The notes beneath the pieces are model-generated. The model did no database searches. It saw only the letters and a list, made by a program, of their open reading frames with translations, and had not been told where the DNA came from. A stretch of DNA of 64,000 bases from an uncultured Acidobacteriota bacterium (GTDB taxonomy: Bacteria > Acidobacteriota > Terriglobia > Acidiferrales > UBA7541): NCBI GenBank assembly GCA_963842745.1, contig CAWJHO010000003.1:639544-703543 (forward strand), written 5' to 3'. The position numbers and the translations under genes were made by a program. Shown here piece by piece: positions 1-8,757 of this stretch. Each line of letters opens with the position of its first letter. Position 1 is the stretch's first letter.

Positions 1-1758
1 ATTGGCCACGCGGGAAAGAGCATCTTCCTGGCCGACAACGCGCTGACGCAAGCGCTCTTCCATGTGCACAAGTTTCTGGGCTTCGCCTTCGAGCAACCGT
101 CCAACGGGAATGCCCGTCCATTTGCTCACCAGCTTGGCGATATCTTCTTCGTCGACTTCTTCCTTCAGCATGCGCGTGTTTTTTTGAACCGCATCAAAGC
201 GGTCCTGGGCTTCCTTCAGCTCGCGTTCCGCCTGGGCGATCTTGCCGTAGCGGATTTCGGCGACTTTCGCGAGTTCTCCGGCGCGCTCGAAGCGCTGCTC
301 TTCAGCTTTGAGCTGGTCGATCTGCGCCTTCAGCTTGCGAATTTTGGCGATTTCCGCCTTCTCGGCTTGCCAACGGGCCTTGCGCGCGCTGGAATCCTCG
401 CGCAGCTTGGCCAATTCCTTTTCGATTTGCTTGCGGCGCTCCACGGAATGCGCGTCGGTTTCCTTCAGCAACGCCTGGCGCTCGATTTCAAGCTGGAGGA
501 TGCGGCGCTCGATTTCGTCAATTTCCGTGGGCAGAGAATCGATCTGCATGCGCAGGCTGGCGGCGGCTTCATCGATCAGGTCGATGGCCTTGTCTGGCAG
601 AAAGCGATCGGAGATGTAGCGGTGCGAAAGCGTGGCAGCGGCCAGGATGGCGGCGTCCTTGATGCGCACGCCGTGGTGAACTTCGTAGCGGTCCTTGAGG
701 CCGCGGAGAATCGCGATGGTGTCTTCAACCGATGGTTCGGAGACGAGCACCGGCTGGAAGCGGCGCTCCAGTGCCGGATCCTTCTCGATGTACTTTTTAT
801 ACTCGTTGATGGTGGTAGCGCCGATGGCTCGCAATTCCCCGCGTGCCAATGCCGGCTTGAGCATGTTGGAGGCGTCCATGGCGCCTTCGGCCGCACCGGC
901 GCCGACGAGGGTGTGCAACTCGTCAATGAACAGGATGATCTGGCCTTCGGCTTCGGAGATTTCTTTCAGGACCGCTTTCAAGCGATCTTCAAATTCGCCG
1001 CGATACTTCGCCCCGGCGACCATAGCCGCCAGGTCCAGCGCCACCAGCCGCTTGGTTTTCAAAACGTCCGGAACATCGCCGGAAACGATGCGCTGGGCCA
1101 GGCCTTCAACGATGGCGGTCTTGCCAACGCCGGGTTCCCCGATTAACACGGGGTTGTTCTTTGTGCGGCGGGCCAGAATCTGCATAACACGGCGAATCTC
1201 TTCGTCGCGGCCGATGACCGGATCCAGCTTGGAGCGGCGAGCCAGTTCGGTCAGGTCGCGCGCGTATTTTTCAAGCGCCGCGTACGTTGCCTCGGGGTTC
1301 TGCGAGGTAACACGCTGGCTGCCGCGCACACCCGCGAGGGCCTGAAGAATGGCTTCGTGTGAGGCGCCATTCTTCTTGAGCAACTGGCCGGCGGGATCGC
1401 GGTCCTGGCCGGCGATGGCCAGAAAAAAATGCTCGGTCGAAACGTACTCATCTTTGAATTTGTCGGCTTCGTCGAAAGCGCGCTCCAAAACGTCGTTGAG
1501 CGGCCGCCCCATGCTCTGCTCTGCGAAGCCCTGCACCTTGGGTAAGCGTTCGATTTCGCGTTCGATGTCCTGATTGATCAGTTCCGTGCGAATACCGAGG
1601 CGGGCGAGCAGCGGCGGCACAACGCCGTCGGGTTGCTGAATCAGAGCGGCGAGAAGGTGGACCGGCTCGATGGACTGATTTTCGTGGCGCGCCGCGACGT
1701 CCCGCGCCGCTTGCAGCGCCTCTTGAGCTTTCACGGTCATTTTGTCAAAACGCAGCAT
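1..1758 (-). CDS. clpB: ClpB disaggregase (AAA+ chaperone); first 586 codons, C-terminus lies beyond the window start
   Basis: Absent from the ORF track because it runs off the edge. Minus-strand translation from ATG 1758 reads [34 protein letters not shown], then Walker [19 protein letters not shown] and a coiled-coil middle domain. GGGAGGAA SD lies just upstream (1761-1768). The + ORF 64..1146 is its antisense shadow. Confidence 0.95.
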   Translation of the reverse strand, partial: MLRFDKMTVKAQEALQAARDVAARHENQSIEPVHLLAALIQQPDGVVPPLLARLGIRTELINQDIEREIERLPKVQGFAEQSMGRPLNDVLERAFDEADKFKDEYVSTEHFFLAIAGQDRDPAGQLLKKNGASHEAILQALAGVRGSQRVTSQNPEATYAALEKYARDLTELARRSKLDPVIGRDEEIRRVMQILARRTKNNPVLIGEPGVGKTAIVEGLAQRIVSGDVPDVLKTKRLVALDLAAMVAGAKYRGEFEDRLKAVLKEISEAEGQIILFIDELHTLVGAGAAEGAMDASNMLKPALARGELRAIGATTINEYKKYIEKDPALERRFQPVLVSEPSVEDTIAILRGLKDRYEVHHGVRIKDAAILAAATLSHRYISDRFLPDKAIDLIDEAAASLRMQIDSLPTEIDEIERRILQLEIERQALLKETDAHSVERRKQIEKELAKLREDSSARKARWQAEKAEIAKIRKLKAQIDQLKAEEQRFERAGELAKVAEIRYGKIAQAERELKEAQDRFDAVQKNTRMLKEEVDEEDIAKLVSKWTGIPVGRLLEGEAQKLVHMEERLRQRVVGQEDALSRVAN

Positions 1759-1782
1759 GATTCCTCCCTTCCCGGTCTGGCT

Positions 1783-1815
1783 GAAGAAAAGGGGCTGGCG
1801 CGAATGCCAGCCCCT
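1783..1815 (-). terminator. intrinsic terminator after hsp20
   Basis: Perfect 10-bp GC-rich stem (1790-1799 / 1806-1815, 6-nt loop), followed on the minus strand by TTTTCTTC. It lies about 40 nt after the hsp20 stop and about 25 nt before the clpB ATG. Confidence 0.6.
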
Positions 1816-1857
1816 ATGCTATCCCACGACGACTTCGCCATTTGAACGATTCGCGCT

Positions 1858-2334
1858 TTAGCGGCGCGCGGCAGCGGCCGCGACGGGCGCCTCCACATTG
1901 ACCTTGATCTGCTTCGGCTTGGCTTCCTCGCGCTTCGGGATGCTCAGCGTCAGCACGCCATTCTTGTAGTCGGCCTTGATCGCTTCGGCATTGACGGTGT
2001 TGGCAAGGGAGAAGCTGCGGCTGAAAGAGCCATATGACCGCTCCACACGCAGATAGTTGTTCTCGTTCACTTCCTTCTCGAACTTGCGTTCACCGCGAAT
2101 GGTGAGGATGTTGTTCTCAACGCGGATGTCGAGTTCTTCCGGCTTGATCTCCGGAATATCGGCCTTGACGACGAGTTCGTGCTCGGTCTCGTAGATGTCG
2201 ACCGCCGGCGCCCAGGTTGTCAAGTTGGCCTCGTCCGAAGTGCGGTCAAAGGCCTCGTTGACGAGGCGATTGATCTGGTCCTGCAGGGTAGTAACCCCAC
2301 GAAAAGGTTCAAAACGGCTTAAAGTAGCTCTCAT
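1858..2334 (-). CDS. small heat-shock protein, Hsp20/alpha-crystallin family
   Basis: 158-aa ORF with an alpha-crystallin domain (DIYETEHELVVKADIPEIKPEELDIRVENNILTIRGER ... GVLTLSIPK). GGAGGT SD before the ATG. Confidence 0.95.
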   Translation of the reverse strand: MRATLSRFEPFRGVTTLQDQINRLVNEAFDRTSDEANLTTWAPAVDIYETEHELVVKADIPEIKPEELDIRVENNILTIRGERKFEKEVNENNYLRVERSYGSFSRSFSLANTVNAEAIKADYKNGVLTLSIPKREEAKPKQIKVNVEAPVAAAAARR

Positions 2335-2366
2335 GTTGAGCGACCTCCATAGTTGATTTCGTACAC

Positions 2367-2395
2367 ATAATAAAATATGAGCGTTTATATGTCAA
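2367..2395 (-). promoter_or_regulatory. sigma70-like promoter of hsp20 (TTGACA-N17-TATTAT)
   Basis: On the minus strand TTGACA (2390-2395) and TATTAT (2367-2372) are separated by exactly 17 nt. The implied 5' UTR is about 25 nt and contains the SD. Confidence 0.5.
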
Positions 2396-2552
2396 GTATA
2401 ATTTTGAACGCTTCTACGGTCAGTAACTCGTTTATGCACAATATGATAGACAACTTCAAAATGGCCAAGCCTTTTTGCCCCATTCATGCCAGGGGTAATC
2501 TTCTCTGGATAAATGCCGTCGCAGGTCGCCTGTTTTGTTATAGTTCGGACTG

Positions 2553-3650
2553 ATGCGAGTTGACGCCTTTGACTACCAATTGCCAGGCGAGTTGATAGCG
2601 CAGCGACCCGCGGCGGTTCGCGAGGCCTCGCGGATGCTGCTGCTCGATCGTCAAAGCGGCGCATGGGAGGACCGCGCGTTTGTGGAATTGCCGGAGTTGC
2701 TGCGCGGCGATGAACTCGTGGTGCTGAACAACGCTCGCGTGCTGCCTGCGCGCTTGTTTGGAAAACGCGCCGGTGTTCATGCGCAATCGCCATCGCGAAA
2801 GACAGCAAGAGAGCACCTGACGGGCACGGTGGAAGTCTTCCTCACTAAAAGAGTGGGATCGGAAATCTGGGAGGCGCTTGTCCGCCCGGGCCGAAAAATG
2901 GGAGTAGGAGAGCGCGTGCATTTCGGCGACGGCGAACTGGAGGCAGAGATTCTGACGCGGAGCGAATTGGGTTTGCGAACGGTCCGCTTTTGGTCGCACA
3001 ACGATCAAAGCGTGGAGGTGAACATCGAGCGGTTGGGACATGTGCCCCTGCCGCCCTACATTGACCGGCCTGATGAATCTTCGGATCGTGAGCGCTATCA
3101 GACAGTTTATGCGCAGAAGCCCGGCGCTGTGGCCGCGCCGACCGCAGGCCTGCACTTCACATCGGAGATACTCCAACAAATACGGAACCGCGGCTGCGAA
3201 ACATGCGAAATTACGCTGGACGTGGGACTCGGCACATTTCAGCCCATCCACACGGAGACGCTCGAGGAACACAAGATACATTCCGAGGCGTATGAGATCC
3301 GCGAAGAAGCGGCGGAAAAGATTCTACGCGCCAAGGAAGAAGGCCGGCCGGTGCTGGCGGTAGGCACGACAGTTGTGCGCGCTCTGGAGGATGCGGCGGC
3401 CAAGGCGGCAGCGCAGGGCGACGCAAGGCATTTTCCCACGGGCAGAGCCGACGCCAGCCTGTTCATCTTCCCGGGATACACATTTCGCATGGTGGACTAT
3501 CTGCTGACGAATTTCCATCTGCCGAAGTCGACACTGCTGGCACTGGTTTCCGCATTTGCGGGGCGTGAGGCCATCCTGGCGGCTTACCGGCATGCGGTCG
3601 CGGAGTACTACCGGTTTTACAGCTATGGGGATTGCATGTTGATTCGCTAG
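2553..3650 (+). CDS. queA: S-adenosylmethionine:tRNA ribosyltransferase-isomerase
   Basis: 365 aa. N-terminus MRVDAFDYQLPGELIAQRP and C-terminal YRFYSYGDCMLI are typical of QueA. Confidence 0.95.
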   Translation: MRVDAFDYQLPGELIAQRPAAVREASRMLLLDRQSGAWEDRAFVELPELLRGDELVVLNNARVLPARLFGKRAGVHAQSPSRKTAREHLTGTVEVFLTKRVGSEIWEALVRPGRKMGVGERVHFGDGELEAEILTRSELGLRTVRFWSHNDQSVEVNIERLGHVPLPPYIDRPDESSDRERYQTVYAQKPGAVAAPTAGLHFTSEILQQIRNRGCETCEITLDVGLGTFQPIHTETLEEHKIHSEAYEIREEAAEKILRAKEEGRPVLAVGTTVVRALEDAAAKAAAQGDARHFPTGRADASLFIFPGYTFRMVDYLLTNFHLPKSTLLALVSAFAGREAILAAYRHAVAEYYRFYSYGDCMLIR

Positions 3651-3832
3651 CGGCGGGCGGATTGCCTTGCGGCTTGCATGAAGCGGGCGCGCAGGACCAG
3701 CGCGAGCACGGCGAGGAGTTCACTCGCGGCAACAACCGGAGTCTGCCACTTCAAGAGTTCCTGAGTGGCCCGGAAGAGGAGGGAAGCTGAAGACGGATAC
3801 AGCTTCCCCGGTAAATCGAGGGTAAAGTTCAC
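3647..3832 (-). CDS. possible small protein (61 aa), no family recognised
   Basis: GTG start 12 nt after the stop of the upstream gene, with a GGGGG run 8 nt upstream. Third-position GC is about 74% by hand count, which is coding-like. Its stop overlaps the queA stop by 4 nt. No homology recognised. Confidence 0.25.
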   Translation of the reverse strand: MNFTLDLPGKLYPSSASLLFRATQELLKWQTPVVAASELLAVLALVLRARFMQAARQSARR

Positions 3833-3843
3833 GTGTTTACCCC

Positions 3844-4185
3844 CTACTGTGCCAGAACGAAAACACTCTTTTTCCCTCCAAAACGCAGCTCCAACATTGT
3901 GCCGTCGGCTGTAGAAACGATTTCGTCGTAAGGTACTTTTGCGTCGCGCTCTTCCCAGCGGCCTTCGGACTCCGCGACGACGTTCTTGCCTTTTTGGATG
4001 GTGAGGTGATTGCCGTCAATCAGGATGCGGTAATCGCCGGACTGAATTGTGGATTTGCCAACGTGGATGGTGTGAGTGATGGGCAGATCTTTGACCACGG
4101 GCTTGGCGAAAGCGGGAATGGAAATCGCGAGGGCCGAGACCAGAATCAAACTGCGGACTAAGGAATTGTTACTCATGCGTGTCAT
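3844..4185 (-). CDS. small secreted protein (113 aa), unknown function
   Basis: Signal peptide MTRMSNNSLVRSLILVSALAISIPAFA, followed by a beta-rich mature part. Confidence 0.7.
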   Translation of the reverse strand: MTRMSNNSLVRSLILVSALAISIPAFAKPVVKDLPITHTIHVGKSTIQSGDYRILIDGNHLTIQKGKNVVAESEGRWEERDAKVPYDEIVSTADGTMLELRFGGKKSVFVLAQ

Positions 4186-4320
4186 TTCCTTTCGAGGAGC
4201 GAGTCAGCCGAAAGGTCATCCAAGGACGGGAGAGTTGACACGCAGGCAGAAGAGAAGGTAGCCTCGCGATGGAGACACCTTTTCTTCCTGGTTCACGATC
4301 CGGAAAAACTGCGTGTCAAA

Positions 4321-4346
4321 TGCCCCGCGGCTGCCACCGCGGGGCA
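4321..4346. other. orphan perfect 10-bp GC hairpin in a divergent intergenic region
   Basis: TGCCCCGCGG-ctgcca-CCGCGGGGCA. It sits between two divergently transcribed genes, so it terminates no annotated gene. See findings. Confidence 0.4.
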
Positions 4347-4562
4347 CTCTTACTTAATCTCGTTTCGTCCCGAACAGCCCGAACATCGGCCGCAACCATA
4401 TAGACGAACTCCGTGGGGCGAATGTTTCGTGGCCTGTCGCATTTTCTTGTTACATTTCTAACCACACGAGGGAACACTGCCGGTGTCAAAGAGCGTTTAC
4501 ATTGCCTTGCGCTTGCCCCCCCGGCTTCATCTATACTCGTGGGCACGATTCGGACAGGCCGG

Positions 4563-5306
4563 ATGCGACTCTTAGTTCTAAGCGATCTCCACGCCAATCT
4601 AACGGCCCTGGAAGCCTCCCTCGACGCGGCGAAAGGGAGCTGGGAACATGTCGTTTGCCTGGGCGACGTAGTCGGCTACGGGCCGGATCCGAACGAAGTC
4701 ACCACGCGCATCCGCGAACTTGGCGCAGCCACGATTCGCGGCAATCATGACAAAGCAGTCACGGATCTCATGTCCACGGAGGACTTCAATCCGGTAGCCA
4801 AAATGGCCGTCAATTGGACGCGCGCGCAACTCTCCAACGAAAACATGGACTGGCTCGCCGCGTTGCCACAGGGCCCGCTGGAAGTCGAAGGAGTGGTGTT
4901 GGTACACGGCGCGTTCCAGGATGAAGATGAATACGTGTTCACGCCGTCGCAGGCGCTGGAAGGATTGCTGGATTCCTCCTTGCCGATCACCTTTTATGGC
5001 CACACGCACCACCAGGGAGGTTTCGCGTATCAGGATTCGCAACTGGAAGTTTTGCAGGTGCACCCGCGAGACAACGAGATGCGCTGCGCGCTGCGCGTCG
5101 AAGGACAGAAGCGCTACCTTTTGAACCCCGGATCGATCGGGCAGCCGCGCGACTCCGATCCGCGGGCGGGTTTCGCCATCGCCGACTTGGAGCATCAAGT
5201 GGTAGAGTTCTGGCGTGTGCCCTACGATATCGAGAAGGTCCAGGAGCGCATGCGAAGCGCGCGCCTGCCGGAGCCGCTGGCGCATCGCTTGAGCCTCGGT
5301 CGCTGA
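4563..5306 (+). CDS. metallophosphoesterase (calcineurin-like; ApaH/PrpE-like)
   Basis: MRLLVLSDLHAN, GDVVGYGP, GNHD and GHTH motifs. The track ORF starts at 4413, but the family N-terminus MRLLVLSDLH begins at ATG 4563. Confidence 0.85.
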   Translation: MRLLVLSDLHANLTALEASLDAAKGSWEHVVCLGDVVGYGPDPNEVTTRIRELGAATIRGNHDKAVTDLMSTEDFNPVAKMAVNWTRAQLSNENMDWLAALPQGPLEVEGVVLVHGAFQDEDEYVFTPSQALEGLLDSSLPITFYGHTHHQGGFAYQDSQLEVLQVHPRDNEMRCALRVEGQKRYLLNPGSIGQPRDSDPRAGFAIADLEHQVVEFWRVPYDIEKVQERMRSARLPEPLAHRLSLGR

Positions 5307-5338
5307 AGCGGGGATGACACTCGCGCAGAATCTGAGAG

Positions 5339-5863
5339 ATGCAACCGATGCAAAGCGCACTGCAAAATCCCGAGAAGCCGGAGAAAGAGGAGAGGCGCTC
5401 GCCGGTCACACTGATCATTGGCGGCGTGGTCGCGCTCGCGATGCTGCTGAGTTTGTGGTTTCTGTCCCATGTGCCGCTGGGCGCACCGACGGCCTATCGG
5501 GTCTCGGTAGGCCTGAAGATGTCGCCAGCGGAGGAGGCCTACCTCAAGAATATCCGCATCGAAAAGATCGCCCTGAGCCGGGCGGAGAATTTCATCCGTC
5601 AGGAAGTGACCATTCTTTCGGGAGAAGTGGTCAACGATGGCTCGGAGAAGATTCAATTGCTTTTGCTCACGGTTGAGTTTGCCGATTCGATGAATCAAAT
5701 TGCGCTCCGGGAAACGCGCAGTGTGCTGGGCGTCCCGTCGGCAGCGCTATCACCGGGTGAACGCCGCGCGTTTGAGATTTCCTTTGACCACGTGCCCTCC
5801 TCCTGGAACATGCAGCAACCCTACGTACGCGCCTCCTATGTGCAACTCGCGCACAGAAAATAG
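5339..5863 (+). CDS. membrane-anchored hypothetical protein (174 aa)
   Basis: Polar N-terminus, one TM helix (VTLIIGGVVALAMLLSLWFL), then a beta-rich extracytoplasmic domain. It starts 32 nt after the phosphoesterase gene. Confidence 0.7.
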   Translation: MQPMQSALQNPEKPEKEERRSPVTLIIGGVVALAMLLSLWFLSHVPLGAPTAYRVSVGLKMSPAEEAYLKNIRIEKIALSRAENFIRQEVTILSGEVVNDGSEKIQLLLLTVEFADSMNQIALRETRSVLGVPSAALSPGERRAFEISFDHVPSSWNMQQPYVRASYVQLAHRK

Positions 5864-5900
5864 TTGTGCGTTAACCATATAGTTAGATTAATATACAGGC

Positions 5901-7379
5901 ATGGAACTCGCGGAGGAACTGCGCGCCTGCCTGCACGATCTGTCTGCGGGCGGCACGATCGAGATCCGGGAGAACGGCGGCCGCATTCCCTCGGCAAGAC
6001 CACTTTCCTGGGAAGTGCGGGGCGCACCAGCGAAGCCCCTGCTGCACCTGTGGTCGGAGACCTGCAATGTGACGCGGCGCGTGCTGGCCATTACAGACCA
6101 GTCGGAGGGTCGCGTTCTGCTGGCGGTGGAGTGTTTCGGCCGCACCAAGCCGCAGCGGCTGGAAATTATTCGGCTGGGCTACGAACGCGACGCCAAAGGG
6201 CTATCTCGGGAAGAATTCTGCGAGCAACTCCGGCGCATCCTGGTGGAGCGGTTTCCCGATGAAACGCTTGAAAGAGTTTCCATCGCGGCGGACTTGGAGC
6301 ATTCCCTGTCGCGTGTCTATGCGCGAGGAATTTCCCGCAAAGGGATGGCGCACTATGCGTTTCTCGCTGTTCCCGACGAGGAAACGCCGGATGCCCTTGA
6401 GAGCAGCCTGACTTACGGTCTGTTGTGGCTCGACCGCACGCGGCAGACCGGCGGGGGCGGCAACCTCTCAGGGCTGCGGCTAATATTACCCAAAGGCAAA
6501 GCAGCGGAGCTTGCAGCGCGCATTCATGCCATCGACCCGCGCCTAACCGTGCAGGTCTATGAACGGGACGCGCAGCGGGAGACTCTGGAGCGCGTCGATC
6601 CTTGCGCGGACGGGAACATCAACACGTGGCTGGTGCCGCGCCGCGAGTCACAATTGCTTCTAGACCGTGCGGCGGCGGCGATTGCGCCGCTCCAGGCGCT
6701 TGAGCCTGATGCCATCAGGGCGCACGCGGCGCCGCAGTTGCGGGAAGTGATTTTGCGTTTCCGCGGGTTGGCGTTTGGGCGCTGGTCGGAAGGACGCGTC
6801 ACCTTCGGCATGGACGGGCACTGGGATAAGCTGAATGCGGACAGCGAAATCGCGCTGAAGCAGCTCGTGCTGAACCTGCAAAATTTCCGCCATCCGCTGG
6901 CGAGCGACACGCGCCACCCCCTCTATCGCGCGCAGGCCGAACGCTGGATGCAGATGCTGGCGATGGGCGACGTCAGCCAAATTGACCTGGCGCTCGACCC
7001 CACGCATGTGTACGAACAGGTGTTTGCGCAAACGGCCGGACAACGCGGAGTTTTAGATCTGTTGTGCGTCACGCGCGCGCACCGGCTGGCCATTTTGGAA
7101 TTGAAAACGGTGGAGAATCCGGACTTGCCACTGCAGGCGGGGGAATACTGGTCCCGGATTTGCCGGCTACAGGCGCAGGGCGATCTCGCGCGCTACGGCT
7201 ATTTCCCTGGGATCGAGTTACACCCCGATCCGCCAATAGTTTATCTGGTGGCACCGGCGTTGCGGTTTCATCCCAGCACGGACGTGCTGCTGCGCTACCT
7301 CAAACCAGAAATGGAAATAATCCGCGTGGGCCTGGTGGAGAGCTGGCGGCGGGGTCTGCGGGTGGTGATGCGGCAATAA
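5901..7379 (+). CDS. uncharacterised 492-aa protein with a C-terminal PD-(D/E)xK nuclease-like motif
   Basis: Long ORF on the same strand, 37 nt after the previous gene. The C-terminal segment GVLDLLCVTRAHRLAILELKTVENPDLPLQAGEYW matches the D ... E-x-K core pattern of RecB/NucS-type nuclease folds. Confidence 0.8.
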   Translation: MELAEELRACLHDLSAGGTIEIRENGGRIPSARPLSWEVRGAPAKPLLHLWSETCNVTRRVLAITDQSEGRVLLAVECFGRTKPQRLEIIRLGYERDAKGLSREEFCEQLRRILVERFPDETLERVSIAADLEHSLSRVYARGISRKGMAHYAFLAVPDEETPDALESSLTYGLLWLDRTRQTGGGGNLSGLRLILPKGKAAELAARIHAIDPRLTVQVYERDAQRETLERVDPCADGNINTWLVPRRESQLLLDRAAAAIAPLQALEPDAIRAHAAPQLREVILRFRGLAFGRWSEGRVTFGMDGHWDKLNADSEIALKQLVLNLQNFRHPLASDTRHPLYRAQAERWMQMLAMGDVSQIDLALDPTHVYEQVFAQTAGQRGVLDLLCVTRAHRLAILELKTVENPDLPLQAGEYWSRICRLQAQGDLARYGYFPGIELHPDPPIVYLVAPALRFHPSTDVLLRYLKPEMEIIRVGLVESWRRGLRVVMRQ

Positions 7380-7419
7380 GCAACACAGCAATGGGCTCCG
7401 GCGAAGCTGTGCGAAGCGC

Positions 7420-7447
7420 TTGCCTTCCTGGGGCCGCAGGGTAAAAT
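7420..7447 (+). promoter_or_regulatory. candidate sigma70-like promoter (TTGCCT-N16-TAAAAT) for the STAS gene
   Basis: Hexamers at 7420-7425 and 7442-7447, about 30 nt upstream of the TTG start at 7479. Confidence 0.35.
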
Positions 7448-7478
7448 AAGGGCCAACCCATCGCCCAGGAAAGATCCC

Positions 7479-7868
7479 TTGAGTTTCTCAGTACTCATCC
7501 GGCAGGCAGACACTGCATCCCTCGTGGAAGTCAGCGGGCGGCTGACTTCATTCGAAGCCGGCGCCTTCCGTGACGCAATCTCAGGGCTCCTCAAGCACGG
7601 CAAAACCAACATTGTTCTGAATTTGAGTGGCCTGGAGTATCTGGACAGCTCTGGGATCGGCGAATTGGTGCGCAACTACCTCACGGTCGTTAAGAAGGGC
7701 GGGGCGATGAAGGTGGTGGGCCTGGCCTCGAAGGTGGAGGAGATTCTGAAAATCACGCAACTTTACCAGGTCTTCCCCGAATTCCCCGACGAGGCCTCCG
7801 CGCTCGAGAGCTTTCCGAACCCCCCCGCAAAGGGCATCCCTGGGCGCCTCAGCTCTAGCCCAAAATGA
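7479..7868 (+). CDS. STAS-domain anti-sigma-factor antagonist (SpoIIAA/RsbV-like)
   Basis: 129 aa with the conserved phospho-serine motif LEYLDSSGIGELV. TTG start. Confidence 0.9.
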   Translation: MSFSVLIRQADTASLVEVSGRLTSFEAGAFRDAISGLLKHGKTNIVLNLSGLEYLDSSGIGELVRNYLTVVKKGGAMKVVGLASKVEEILKITQLYQVFPEFPDEASALESFPNPPAKGIPGRLSSSPK

Positions 7869-7920
7869 AGAAGACAATCCGAAGTAGGGTCAACCCGCCT
7901 GCTGCGGCAATCTCTTCTGA

Positions 7921-7973
7921 AAAAGGTGGGCCAAAAAGGAGAGAAGCAGCTAGGGGGTTGCCCTAACTGCTTC
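7921..7973 (-). terminator. terminator between the convergent STAS and HNH genes
   Basis: 13-bp stem with one mismatch (7943-7955 / 7961-7973, 5-nt loop). On the minus strand it is followed by TCTCCTTTTTGGCCCACCTTTT. Confidence 0.45.
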
Positions 7974-8091
7974 CCGGGGTGTGTCCTCGAAGTGGTATTA
8001 CTGATTTAGATGCGCTGCGGGCAAAAAGGTTTCCCAAATCTGCATAGGGGAACGGACACCTGGTTGTCAGTTGGCAAGAGGCAGATAAATC

Positions 8092-8604
8092 CTAATAAAA
8101 CAAATACTTACGCCAACGTTCGTCGCGGTGGCCAATCAGCCGCATTAGTTGCCGCGAGGTGTGCAGGGTAAACGGGCGTGGACGCCGGGCCAGTTTCAGC
8201 CCTGCCTCTTCCGGCGTGCGATCCCCCTTGGTGTTGTTGCAGCTGTAGCAGCACGCTACCAGGTTCTCCCAAGAGGAGCGGCCGCCACGCGAACGCGGCA
8301 GGACGTGATCCAGTGTCAGCTCGGAACTAGGAAAGACCCGGCCACAGAATTGGCAAGTGTTGCGGTCGCGCAATAAGATATTCTTTCGGGAAAGAGCGCG
8401 GCTCTGCTGCGGAATATGGCGATAGGCCAGCAGGCGAATCACCGAAGGAACCTTATGGGAATGCGCCGCGGAGTGGACCTCCGCACTGTGCACTTCCTCG
8501 GCTTGGGCTACGCCCTTCAGAAGCAACACCATGGCCCGGCGCACGGCAGTGACGTTGATCGGCTCGTAGGTGGCGTTCAGCACCAGCACGGGTTCCTGCA
8601 TCAT
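8092..8604 (-). CDS. HNH endonuclease (McrA-like)
   Basis: HNH motif: CQFCG ... [34 protein letters not shown]. The track ORF reaches 8739. I place the start at the ATG-ATG pair at 8604/8601 ([15 protein letters not shown]), but this is uncertain. Confidence 0.85.
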   Translation of the reverse strand: MMQEPVLVLNATYEPINVTAVRRAMVLLLKGVAQAEEVHSAEVHSAAHSHKVPSVIRLLAYRHIPQQSRALSRKNILLRDRNTCQFCGRVFPSSELTLDHVLPRSRGGRSSWENLVACCYSCNNTKGDRTPEEAGLKLARRPRPFTLHTSRQLMRLIGHRDERWRKYLFY

Positions 8605-8757
8605 GGAAGCACGACGGCCTAGGAGTGCGGGAAGGAATCGGTTCGAAGCGTTCGCCAAAGGGTTAGGCACAAGCGAGCCCCCCGCTTCGAGGGAGTGTCT
8701 CCCCCGGGGATCGATCGCATCTGGCCTTCCTGCGCTCATCGCGCACCCTTCGGGGTA

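Noticed and set aside
64-1146. 360-aa plus-strand ORF, with nested ORFs 308..619 and 695..1345
   Set aside because: It is antisense to an unmistakable clpB reading frame. The translation is low-complexity and Leu/Ala/Arg/Gly-rich, which is typical of shadow ORFs in high-GC DNA.
2335-2552. Searched for CIRCE (TTAGCACTC-N9-GAGTGCTAA) or HAIR (CTTGAGT-N7-ACTCAAG) operators upstream of hsp20
   Set aside because: No inverted repeat of either type is present. Only the sigma70-like hexamers are evident.
7865-7966. 33-codon ORF (MKKTIRSRVNPPAAAISSEKGGPKRREAARGLP) overlapping the STAS stop as ATGA
   Set aside because: The coupling geometry is attractive, but the ORF runs into the terminator hairpin, is low-complexity, and has no recognisable feature. 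I treat it as chance unless it proves conserved.
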